Origin: Gammaproteobacteria bacterium
Lineage (GTDB): Bacteria; Pseudomonadota; Gammaproteobacteria; UBA4575
Length of the DNA stretch: 64,000 bases
Assembly: GCA_965243395.1 (NCBI GenBank)
Contig: CBDEUS010000001.1
Span: forward strand, 576,001-640,000
Direction: 5' to 3'
Position numbers and translations under genes: made by a program. The notes beneath the pieces are model-generated. The model saw only the letters and a list, made by a program, of their open reading frames with translations, was not told the DNA's origin and did no database searches. Of this stretch, positions 40,922 through 50,057 are shown piece after piece; position 1 is the stretch's first letter, and every line of letters starts with the position of its first letter.

Positions 40922-41116
40922 ATGCAAACTCAAACAACTACACAAAGCACTATACAAGTTGCTTCGCGTACCTCAGCATTATCGAAACCGCTACAAATTG
41001 CTTGTGCAATTTTGCTTGGTTCTGTAATTCTTTATGGTGTAGGGTTTATGAATTCTGCAGCTGTGCACAATGCAGCGCATGATATTCGTCATACGCAAGC
41101 ATTCCCTTGCCACTGA
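40922..41116 (+). CDS. cbtB: Cobalt transporter subunit CbtB (copy 2)
   Basis: TM helix plus HNAAHDIRHTQAFPCH. SD AGGAG. Confidence 0.85.
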   Translation: MQTQTTTQSTIQVASRTSALSKPLQIACAILLGSVILYGVGFMNSAAVHNAAHDIRHTQAFPCH

Positions 41117-41141
41117 TGCGTAATTAGTTAAGTATGTGAGT

Positions 41142-41164
41142 GTGATGCTTTGGATAAGCATCAC
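41142..41164. terminator. Stem-loop between convergent genes
   Basis: GTGATGCTT-TGGAT-AAGCATCAC. Confidence 0.5.
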
Positions 41165-41239
41165 TACCTTATTTTATTCTATTGAATGGTAGTAAGCGCT
41201 ACTATAAGTTGAATACTTAACTAAAGTTGGTAACTAAAA

Positions 41240-42217
41240 TTATTCTAAATTTGTCCAGGTAGGGAATTTTTCTGTAAATTCGTTAAGAACTTTTAGATGT
41301 TCTTCAACAAATTGGGCTTGTTGAAATACATCTGCTGCAACCTTATCAGGGAATGATGTGAGCTTATACACTCTTTCTACGCCAATTTGCGAGGCAAAAT
41401 AACGTAATTCAGAGAGTATCAATGAACTTAAATCAAAAACATCTGATGTGTTTATAGGTACTTGTACATCATTGCCTAAATCCAACATGTCTATACCAGA
41501 ATCCTTAGCTATTTCCTGAATGGTGCGGAAATTTCGAAGCATAATATTGTAAGAATCAATTGGCGCGGTGCCCGCTTGATAGGCAGGCAAAGTTGGTGCG
41601 TTTAAACTCCATACAGGAGCAATTTTATCAAGAATATCAACAATATATGCGTTGGCTTGTTCGACAATAGCATAAACATCGCCTTGTTCAATGGGTTGCT
41701 CCAATATTAGATTTAACTGCCGATTAGCCTGAACAATTTGCTTGAATACATCCGTAAGAGATTTTTTAGTGTCTTTAGTGACATTTATTTGTTCTGCTGT
41801 ATCTTCCCTAATACTTAAACCTGCTTTCGCACAACGAATTTGGCTCCATGCATCATTAACAATTTCATAAACGTCTTTTGCAGTTATGTTTTTTGGTATT
41901 GAGTACTGGGCTGCAAGAGGTGGTGCAAAAAGTGATTGAATTGTTTCGTGACAAAGTCTTCCAGCCTTTTGGCGTAAAGTGAGTGCTTGAAAATAGACTT
42001 CTCGAGGATAAACATTTTCAACTGGAATACTTTCTCGAGCATCAATACTGGCTTGCTTATGTTTTCGAATAAGTTCTATTTCATGTTGTACCTGCTCAAC
42101 CATTTGATAGGCGAGAATAGGGCTGAAGTTATTTGTTGCACTTATTCCTTCGCATGGAATAAAAAATAATGTGATGGACAGAATGGCGTAGAATTTGAGA
42201 TTGTTATTGTAAAGCAC
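41240..42217 (-). CDS. Exported hypothetical helical-repeat protein
   Basis: Signal-peptide-like N-terminus and a recurring (P/T/A)xD/E-V-Y/F motif. Confidence 0.65.
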   Translation of the reverse strand: MLYNNNLKFYAILSITLFFIPCEGISATNNFSPILAYQMVEQVQHEIELIRKHKQASIDARESIPVENVYPREVYFQALTLRQKAGRLCHETIQSLFAPPLAAQYSIPKNITAKDVYEIVNDAWSQIRCAKAGLSIREDTAEQINVTKDTKKSLTDVFKQIVQANRQLNLILEQPIEQGDVYAIVEQANAYIVDILDKIAPVWSLNAPTLPAYQAGTAPIDSYNIMLRNFRTIQEIAKDSGIDMLDLGNDVQVPINTSDVFDLSSLILSELRYFASQIGVERVYKLTSFPDKVAADVFQQAQFVEEHLKVLNEFTEKFPTWTNLE

Positions 42218-42613
42218 ATTTATTCCTTATCTTACTCAAAGTCTTTTCGCAACAAGTATACGAATTGTAAATTTTCAAGCCTGTATTTTTAGCAAGTAAC
42301 ATAATTTTACCAGTGCGCAATTAATGGCGCACTTAGTATTTTTTGATAAAAAATATTTAAATTTGTTATTAGTAATAATTTTATAGCCCTTATTACACTT
42401 CTAGAATTCTAAAATATAACTTAATTTTGAAATATTCCGTTTAATTGAAATAGTTAGGTTTTTTTGATTTAGCGTCTATGTTTAGGTTTTATTTAGTTTT
42501 TAAAAGTCTTGGAATTAAGGTAGAGGCGTGTCTAATCAATAAGGATATTAAACGTATAAAATCGAAAAAACCTATTTTAAGTCTGTTGCAATGCATGTGC
42601 AGACAACAGGCAT

Positions 42614-42653
42614 AAAAAAACCAGGACTGTGTTTTAATAACAGTCCTGGTTTT
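42614..42653 (-). terminator. Intrinsic terminator of the porin gene
   Basis: Plus strand AAAAAAACCAGGACTG...CAGTCCTGGTTTT gives a hairpin plus U7 on the minus strand. Confidence 0.8.
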
Positions 42654-42668
42654 ATATTTTTAATTGAC

Positions 42669-44228
42669 TTATTTATATCTGTACTGGAAGAACACCCATA
42701 TCTTTTCAGTGTCTACTCCAAAGTCATCAGCATCATAATCAGCGTACTTGATTGCACCAAGTAAGCCATTTACGCCAAACAAATTAGGTTTACCCCATAA
42801 GAAGTTAATCTCATCACCGTAATCGTCAGGACCAAAATCATCGTCTTCTGCTTCATAGTCATGATATGCAAGGACGATTTTATTTTTACCAATGTAATCG
42901 CCAAAGAGTCCTAAAATTTGTAGGGTGATACTAGTATCCTCAAGACCTCCTACTGGTGTAGCGGAACCGCCAGGAGCTGCAACAAACACATCGGCCCATC
43001 CATTGAAAGCATGCACAGTAGCAAGAGGTGTTTGTACGGCATTTACACCATTGCCTTCTAAGACTTCACGACCCACTCTGATTTGATATGTAGGTTCACC
43101 AACTGGTAAAAATCCAATATTATCGACCCGAGTTCCTCCCCATTGAAGGCCTAATTCGAAGTTGTAGTAGTCGTTATCATCAAAATCTGCAACTTCTGCA
43201 CCGGTAACAGGGCTTTCGCCTGCATCATCAGTTGGATCTTGATTGGCCCATTCAAACTCAGTTTGTAGATCAAACGAATCACCAATTTCATGTCTACCCA
43301 CAAAACGTAACCCTAATGTGTCTGAATCAAATACATTGCCAGTTATAAATGGTGGGGCAATACCATTACCTTCTGGAAAAGGTGTTCTAGGGTTGTCATT
43401 AAAATCAAGTAAATAACCATAGGCAGTTAATTTGCCAAATTCTGGGAATGTGTATGTAAGGTTGATTAAATGGCCGTCATCAAATTTCCATTCGTTAAAG
43501 ATAGAATTCTCGCCGAATAAACGCTTAACTTTCTTAACATATGAGTAGGAAATGCCAAGATTTTTAATAGAGTTGTTATCAAACCTAAATGCATTCATGG
43601 AGACATTGTTATTACGCCATATCACATCCCCCACCCAGCGGTGATTATCGTAAATTATAGTTTGACGTCCTAGTTTAAACGACGTGTTGCCATCACAGAA
43701 TCCGGGAGTATTCGGGCAACTACCTGTACCACTGCGCCAGCCTATATAGGCTTCATTGATTTCACCAAAATCATTATCAGGAATGATGGCATGTCCCTCC
43801 GCATTTCTGTTACCAACGATTGGATTTGGCCCTGGGCCTAGTGGCGGAATCCGGAAATCATCATCAAGATTGAGTGAGTTATCGTTCCAATTCTTTGCAG
43901 CTTCTAATTCCAAACGCCCATAAAAGCCATGATAACGGGCAGTGGTAAATCCGAATTGTATTCTTGTACTGATAAGATCGGCATTTTCTGCACTAGATAA
44001 AACAGTTCCGTCTCGATCTTCATCCACATTTTCCAAACGGGTTCTGATCCAAAAATCTTCATTACCTTCAGTAAACATAGCCCCTAAACTTCCAACTTCA
44101 GGATAAAGTTTATTGTGCGGTGTAAAATGTGCATTGGGGACATCAGGGAAACCTACGGCTCCCACACTTTGTGCCAGTAAGAAAGTAACTACTGCTATGA
44201 GTAGTGAGAGTGGTTTTAAATAGACCAT
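42669..44228 (-). CDS. Alginate-export (AlgE)-like outer-membrane beta-barrel
   Basis: R.R.E.VD, EINEAY, KLGRQ.I..DN.R.VG.V.WR.N, QTPLAT.HAFNGWAD.F and KYADYDAD motifs. ATG at 44228 with SD GGAGGAG. Confidence 0.78.
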   Translation of the reverse strand: MVYLKPLSLLIAVVTFLLAQSVGAVGFPDVPNAHFTPHNKLYPEVGSLGAMFTEGNEDFWIRTRLENVDEDRDGTVLSSAENADLISTRIQFGFTTARYHGFYGRLELEAAKNWNDNSLNLDDDFRIPPLGPGPNPIVGNRNAEGHAIIPDNDFGEINEAYIGWRSGTGSCPNTPGFCDGNTSFKLGRQTIIYDNHRWVGDVIWRNNNVSMNAFRFDNNSIKNLGISYSYVKKVKRLFGENSIFNEWKFDDGHLINLTYTFPEFGKLTAYGYLLDFNDNPRTPFPEGNGIAPPFITGNVFDSDTLGLRFVGRHEIGDSFDLQTEFEWANQDPTDDAGESPVTGAEVADFDDNDYYNFELGLQWGGTRVDNIGFLPVGEPTYQIRVGREVLEGNGVNAVQTPLATVHAFNGWADVFVAAPGGSATPVGGLEDTSITLQILGLFGDYIGKNKIVLAYHDYEAEDDDFGPDDYGDEINFLWGKPNLFGVNGLLGAIKYADYDADDFGVDTEKIWVFFQYRYK

Positions 44229-44359
44229 GGTAGCTTGCTCCTCCCTTGAAAGAATTAGACCGGTCGCGCTAGGTATTCCAGTCACACAACTAAGTTATGC
44301 TTAGTTTTTATATTTCTTATATGCAAATTTTATAGGTTTTTAACACCTACTCACTTAGC

Positions 44360-44426
44360 AATATAAAAGAATGGTCGTTTACCTTCCAAGACTTTGTTGC
44401 TATTGAATCTATAGGTAAATGCTATG
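44360..44426 (-). promoter_or_regulatory. Putative CynR operator and sigma70 promoter of the porin gene
   Basis: Minus strand cATAG-catttac-CTAT-agattca-atagcaacaaagtc-TTGGAA-N18-TATATT. Confidence 0.65.
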
Positions 44427-44747
44427 GGAAAACGAAGTTTTATGAAATTTCATTGTCCTTTACTACAAACTTAAGGGTTAATGAGATAAATAAGCTTGTA
44501 AAGACATAAATTTTGAGCAGTTTAAGTGTGCTTTTCTAAAATTACCTGCAATTTGAAGTTAATAAGCACAATGAGCGGTTAATCTGAGTATGAAAATGTC
44601 TCATTTTGGGGTATACCACATTTATTTTAGGGTTATCTTCTACACGCTCTAAAACAAGCTAGTTGTATTTCTGCTCTACATGGTTTTATAGCAGTGCAGT
44701 TAATTCCTTACCAATTGTTTTAATCTTTATCTAAAGCAAATCATTTA

Positions 44748-45353
44748 TTACTGTAATTCAATCTCATTTTCTGTCAGCTCTTGTTTCAGAGTTGCTAAAT
44801 TTTTTTCCAGTAAGACCATGGTTGTATTTTTGAATTCGATAATTTTTTCATCAAACTTGTTTGCTATATAAACGGTGTCGTTTGTGGGACCTCTTTTATT
44901 GAGCTTTTCAATTACAAGCTCAGAATATTTATAAAAACGAGTTACGCCAGCTAAAATTTCAGGGGGCGTAGTTAATAATGCTGGCGAAGATTTTAGGGAG
45001 TCCCAAACGAAGTACTCGGGGTGGTTTGACCATTGGCTATTTTTATTATAGCGGGCACCACCTTTGCGATAGTTGTTTATGATTTCTTCATATACGCTTA
45101 TATTGTAATTCAGTTCATTACGTAACGAAGTACGAACATAATAACTGTCACGATCGGCTCTTACTGACTCAAATTGAATTGCCGTTTCGAGTGCCGCATG
45201 TGCGGCTAAATAAACACCAAGTACAGTAGAAAAGACAACAAAAAAGTTACCTATCCAAAATTCCCAATTTGCTTTGCCCAGTCTCGCTTTTGCTCTGGTG
45301 AAAAATTTCGTTGGTGAGAGCAATGCTATTAAAGCCATAATTCCTTCTCCCAA
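44748..45353 (-). CDS. Hypothetical membrane-anchored protein
   Basis: One TM segment (STVLGVYLAA) followed by a helical soluble domain. Exact start uncertain. Confidence 0.6.
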   Translation of the reverse strand: MGEGIMALIALLSPTKFFTRAKARLGKANWEFWIGNFFVVFSTVLGVYLAAHAALETAIQFESVRADRDSYYVRTSLRNELNYNISVYEEIINNYRKGGARYNKNSQWSNHPEYFVWDSLKSSPALLTTPPEILAGVTRFYKYSELVIEKLNKRGPTNDTVYIANKFDEKIIEFKNTTMVLLEKNLATLKQELTENEIELQ

Positions 45354-45453
45354 TGTATGGAATATTGTTTATATCTAAATATAAAAATTTAGGTCATGCT
45401 TTAATCAATATTTGCTATGTTTTAATACGACGAGCTGTAAGCTATAGTCGTTC

Positions 45454-45565
<112 letters not shown>

Positions 45566-45601
45566 CTATTATACTGAACAGATTATCAAAATAGCCCCAG
45601 A

Positions 45602-47197
45602 ATGAGTTATCAAGCACTTGCCCGAAAATGGCGTCCTAAAAACTTCACAGAAGTAATTGGCCAATCTCATGTTGTGAAGGCATTAGCCAACGCATTAGAC
45701 CAGGATAGAACTCACCATGCGTACTTATTTACAGGCACGCGTGGGGTAGGGAAAACAACCCTGGCACGAATTTTTGCTAAATGTCTGAATTGTGAAGAAG
45801 GTGTGTCATCGTCTCCTTGTGGACAATGCAGTGCATGTGAGGGGATTGATACAGGGCGTTTTATTGATTTAATTGAGGTGGATGCAGCCTCGCGAACCAA
45901 AGTGGAAGATACTCGTGAGCTTTTAGATAACGTTCAATATAGTCCTACGAGTGGACGGTTTAAAGTTTATTTGATTGATGAAGTGCATATGTTGTCAGGA
46001 CATAGTTTTAATGCCTTGTTAAAAACTTTAGAAGAACCTCCGCCGCATGTGAAATTTTTACTGGCGACTACAGACCCACAAAAACTACCGATAACTGTAT
46101 TGTCGAGATGTTTGCAATTCAATCTAAAGCGGCTTTCTAATGAGGCAATTTCTAAACAGTTGGAAAAGCTACTACAAAATGAAGAAATATCGTTTGAAAA
46201 AAATGCATTGCATGCATTAGCACGAGCTGCTGATGGAAGTATGCGTGATTCACTAAGTTTGTTAGACCAGGCAATTGCTTTTAGTGATGGGAATGTTAGT
46301 GATGAAGCAATTCACGAAATGCTAGGGACTGTGCCAAGAGAATATTTGCATCAGATTATGCAAGCATTATCTAAGTCAGATGCGTTAGAAGTAATGAAAT
46401 GTACTCAAGAATTAGCACAACTTTCAGCAGATTTTAACAGCTTGTTTGAAGACATTATTGAGGTTTTGCATCAAGTTGCTTTATCGCAAGCAGTACCAAG
46501 TATGCTTGAGACTATAGAGTTTGATGCAGAAATCGTTAAACAGTTGGTAAATAGTTTTGATCCAGAAGATGTTCAATTATGTTATCAAATTGCACTTATC
46601 GGCAAACGTGACCTTTATTTAGCTACTTCGCCTCAAAGCGCATTGGAGATGACCCTGTTGCGCATGATTTCATTTCGACCTGCACCTAGTGTTGAGAGAG
46701 ATATTAACCAGGCTAAAACGGCTGTCACTGCGCCTCAAAAAACTACAGCAACACCCCCGCAAAAAAAGCAAAAGGTAAAAAAAAATCATAAAAAGCTAAT
46801 TGAGCTTGCAGAAAATAATGAGATATGGAGTGAATTAATCGAAAATATAGATTTGCAAGGAGTATCATATTCGTTGGCTTCTAACTGTAGTGTAGATTCA
46901 GTAGACGATAATTTCGTTTGTTTACATCTAGCTAGACAGCATGAAGGAATTGCCACAGAAGGAGCTAAACAACGTTTAGAGGCAGCCTTGCGAGAATATT
47001 TTAATTGTGATTTGCGATTGAAATTCGATATATCAGATGATGAGCTCGAAACACCCGCGCGCAAAAAAGATCGTGTAAAAGAAAAAATCCAATCTCAAGC
47101 AGAGAAGAATGCAGAAGAGGACGATGCTGTAAAAGCGTTAAAAGCACAATTTGGAGCAGAAATTATTGAAGGTTCTGTCAGACCAATAGAAAATTAG
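45602..47197 (+). CDS. dnaX: DNA polymerase III subunits tau/gamma
   Basis: MSYQALARKWRP, GTRGVGKTT, zinc cysteines, IDEVHML and SRC. Confidence 0.97.
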   Translation: MSYQALARKWRPKNFTEVIGQSHVVKALANALDQDRTHHAYLFTGTRGVGKTTLARIFAKCLNCEEGVSSSPCGQCSACEGIDTGRFIDLIEVDAASRTKVEDTRELLDNVQYSPTSGRFKVYLIDEVHMLSGHSFNALLKTLEEPPPHVKFLLATTDPQKLPITVLSRCLQFNLKRLSNEAISKQLEKLLQNEEISFEKNALHALARAADGSMRDSLSLLDQAIAFSDGNVSDEAIHEMLGTVPREYLHQIMQALSKSDALEVMKCTQELAQLSADFNSLFEDIIEVLHQVALSQAVPSMLETIEFDAEIVKQLVNSFDPEDVQLCYQIALIGKRDLYLATSPQSALEMTLLRMISFRPAPSVERDINQAKTAVTAPQKTTATPPQKKQKVKKNHKKLIELAENNEIWSELIENIDLQGVSYSLASNCSVDSVDDNFVCLHLARQHEGIATEGAKQRLEAALREYFNCDLRLKFDISDDELETPARKKDRVKEKIQSQAEKNAEEDDAVKALKAQFGAEIIEGSVRPIEN

Positions 47198-47268
47198 GTG
47201 AACAGAAAAACACAATGACAAAATTGCATATTAAATTTTGTATAAATTTAGAATTTTAAGGTGAAAAA

Positions 47269-47592
47269 ATGAAAGGTGGATTAGGTAATTTGATGAAGCA
47301 AGCGCAAAAAATGCAGGAAGATATGCAAAAAGCGCAAGAAGAATTAAAAAACTTAGAGGTGGAAGGTCAAGCAGGTGGAGGGATGGTTAAAATTACAATG
47401 ACAGGGAAGTATGCCGTGCGTAAAGTGCAAATTGATGACAGCTTGTTAAATGATGATAAGGATATGCTTGAAGATCTCATTGCAGCGGCTATTAATGATG
47501 CTTCTAATAAAGTTGAGGCTCTAACTAAAGATCAAATGTCGGATTTAACAAGCGGGTTAAATTTGCCTCCTGGAATGAAATTACCTTTCTAA
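47269..47592 (+). CDS. ybaB: YbaB/EbfC nucleoid-associated protein
   Basis: [28 protein letters not shown] and PPGMKLPF. Lies between dnaX and recR. Confidence 0.95.
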   Translation: MKGGLGNLMKQAQKMQEDMQKAQEELKNLEVEGQAGGGMVKITMTGKYAVRKVQIDDSLLNDDKDMLEDLIAAAINDASNKVEALTKDQMSDLTSGLNLPPGMKLPF

Positions 47593-47603
47593 AAATTTTA
47601 TTT

Positions 47604-48227
47604 ATGTCATTCGGTTTATCAGGTAATGGCTCGCAGCCACCGTCACTTCTCGACAGCTTAATTGAATCACTTAAATGTTTGCCAGGAGTGGGGCCAAAGT
47701 CTGCGCAAAGGATGGCTTTTCATTTATTACAGCGTAATCGCGAAGGTGCAAAAACTTTAGCGACTAATTTAGAAAGAGCAGCCAAAGAAATTGGTCATTG
47801 TGCAAGTTGTCGTACCTTTACCGAGCATGAGCTTTGTGCGATATGCAGTAATAATAGCCGTGTAAGGGAACAAATTTGTATTGTTGAAAGTCCCGCTGAT
47901 GTTTTTACAATTGAAAAAAGTACCGACTACAAAGGCTTATATTTTGTGTTAATGGGACGCCTTTCGCCATTAGATGGTATTGGTCCTAAAGAATTGGGGT
48001 TAGATATTTTAGAGAAACGTTTAGCAGAACAAGAAATAGAAGAGATGATATTAGCTACAAATTCTACTGTTGAAGGTGAAGTTACTGCGCACGTGTTAAG
48101 TGAAATGGCGCGCAAACATGAAGTTAAAACTACACGGCTTGCTCAAGGTGTTCCTGTTGGAGGCGAACTGGAATTTGTAGATCAGAATACTATTGCTCAG
48201 GCGTTTAATGCACGAAAGCATTATTAA
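47604..48227 (+). CDS. recR: Recombination protein RecR
   Basis: [12 protein letters not shown]4 zinc finger, [16 protein letters not shown] and GVPVGGELE. Confidence 0.96.
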   Translation: MSFGLSGNGSQPPSLLDSLIESLKCLPGVGPKSAQRMAFHLLQRNREGAKTLATNLERAAKEIGHCASCRTFTEHELCAICSNNSRVREQICIVESPADVFTIEKSTDYKGLYFVLMGRLSPLDGIGPKELGLDILEKRLAEQEIEEMILATNSTVEGEVTAHVLSEMARKHEVKTTRLAQGVPVGGELEFVDQNTIAQAFNARKHY

Positions 48228-48239
48228 TTCAGAGTTAAT

Positions 48240-49118
48240 TCAGATATAAGGTTTGATCAAATTCTGATAAGAAATATAACGTTCTTTATTAATTATATTT
48301 TTATCTACTGCTAATTTGATTGCGCAATGTGGTTCATTAATGTGTTTGCAGTCATGAAACTTACATTGACTGCTAATTTTGTCAATTTCGACAAAACCTT
48401 GAATAATTTTTCTGGCATTAAGCTCGGCTGCTGAAAAATTTCTTACGCCCGGCGAATCAATTAATTCACCACCATGTGGAAAATCATATAATGTTGTTGT
48501 GCTGGTAGTATGTTTACCTTGAGCAATTTGATCTGAAATTGACTGAGTTTCAATGTCGAGGTCAGGTATGAGTGCATTGATTAAAGTTGATTTCCCAACC
48601 CCAGATTGACCGACAAAAACACAAGTTTTGTTTTTAAGTTGATCTGCTAAATTATCTAGACTGGATAAGTCATTTTTCTTTGTCTCAATTACCGGGTAAG
48701 GGAGATCTTTATATTTAATCTGTATCATAGACGTCACTGATTTTGCATTATTTAAATCCATTTTATTAATTGCAATGAGTGTTTCAGCGGGTAGTAGTTC
48801 TGCTGCCACTATGTAATGATCGATTAACTCTGGCGATGGTTCGGGTTCAACAGCACATACAACTACTATAGTGTCAATATTCGCAGCTACAGTTTTTGTC
48901 ATATGTTCAGTTTGTCTTACTAATTCATTTTTGCGTGGTAGTTGTTCTAAGATTTGGTCTCGATCCTGCTCATTGCGATAACATAAAACATTATCACCGC
49001 ATACTACGTGACTGAACTTTTTTGTAGAAATGCATGTATGTCGTATGTTGTTCTTATCTTTTACGACAAGGTGTGCACCATGGCGACTAACAACTTTTGC
49101 AGGATATTTTTCGATGAT
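48240..49118 (-). CDS. rsgA: Small ribosomal subunit biogenesis GTPase RsgA (start uncertain, probably non-AUG)
   Basis: NKMD, GQSGVGKS, GKHTT, DSPG and C.F.DC.H..EP.C motifs. The OB-fold sequence continues in frame upstream of the ATG at 48902, up to a stop at 49155-49157. Confidence 0.88.
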   Translation of the reverse strand: MIEKYPAKVVSRHGAHLVVKDKNNIRHTCISTKKFSHVVCGDNVLCYRNEQDRDQILEQLPRKNELVRQTEHMTKTVAANIDTIVVVCAVEPEPSPELIDHYIVAAELLPAETLIAINKMDLNNAKSVTSMIQIKYKDLPYPVIETKKNDLSSLDNLADQLKNKTCVFVGQSGVGKSTLINALIPDLDIETQSISDQIAQGKHTTSTTTLYDFPHGGELIDSPGVRNFSAAELNARKIIQGFVEIDKISSQCKFHDCKHINEPHCAIKLAVDKNIINKERYISYQNLIKPYI

Positions 49119-49131
49119 AAATTTAGAAAAG

Positions 49132-49422
49132 TTAAAAGTTGTAATACATCTTGTTTAAGTATGATTGAACAGTATTAATTTGTTGTTCTGACCAATTTAG
49201 TTCAAGACTACTTTGGCAACGATTTACTTGTTTGGTTAATGCTTCGCTGGAAGTTACATTGCGATTTTTGCGAGTATATAAGACCGAACCATCTCCGCCA
49301 GTCATGGCCGCATGGCATGCAATACAATTTTCTTCATGCAAGAGTGAGCCATTTTCTGCGAGGGTAAGCTGCGTAGCACAGATAAATAGCAAAGGAGCAA
49401 TTAGGTGAAGTTGAATTTTCAT
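49132..49422 (-). CDS. Small monoheme c-type cytochrome
   Basis: Signal peptide, CIACH heme motif and YLN..YY.F C-terminus. Confidence 0.85.
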   Translation of the reverse strand: MKIQLHLIAPLLFICATQLTLAENGSLLHEENCIACHAAMTGGDGSVLYTRKNRNVTSSEALTKQVNRCQSSLELNWSEQQINTVQSYLNKMYYNF

Positions 49423-49498
49423 TTAAAATAAAAACGTATAGCTATAATAATTTGCCTTGTAGATAGGTATGATATACAAAACCAGCAGGGAAATACCA

Positions 49499-50047
49499 AT
49501 GTCTGTAGACGCTGAGAATTTAATATGGATTGATTTGGAGATGACAGGATTAGACACCATGTCTGATCAAATTATCGAAGTCGCCACTATTATTACGAAT
49601 AAAGATTTAGAGGAAATCGCAGTAGGCCCCGTCATAGCGATTCGTCAGCCAAGCACATTATTAGAGGCTATGGATGAATGGAATACTACGCAGCATACTA
49701 AATCAGGATTGATAGAAAGAGTTAAAAATAGCTCTGCAAGTGAGCAGGATGCAGAAACGGCCACAATAGATTTTTTGCAACAGTATGTTCCTGAAAATTC
49801 TTCACCCATGTGTGGAAATAGTATCTGTCAGGATCGTCGTTTTCTGGCTCGCTTAATGCCGAAACTAGAAGCGTATTTTCATTATCGCAATCTTGATGTG
49901 AGTACTTTAAAAGAGCTTGCGCAACGCTGGTACCCAGATGTGGCTAAAGGTTTTAATAAAGACTCGAAGCATCTGGCTTTGGATGATATTCGTGATTCGA
50001 TTGAAGAGCTTAGATATTATCGAAAACACTTGTTACTAAAATCATAA
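49499..50047 (+). CDS. orn: Oligoribonuclease
   Basis: [23 protein letters not shown] and [15 protein letters not shown]. Confidence 0.96.
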   Translation: MSVDAENLIWIDLEMTGLDTMSDQIIEVATIITNKDLEEIAVGPVIAIRQPSTLLEAMDEWNTTQHTKSGLIERVKNSSASEQDAETATIDFLQQYVPENSSPMCGNSICQDRRFLARLMPKLEAYFHYRNLDVSTLKELAQRWYPDVAKGFNKDSKHLALDDIRDSIEELRYYRKHLLLKS

Positions 50048-50057
50048 CAAGTCTTAA

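Noticed and set aside
42472-42513. Fourth copy of the CynR-type operator (AAAGTCTTGGA)
   Set aside because: It lacks the ATAG-N7-CTAT part at the right spacing and does not point into a gene start.
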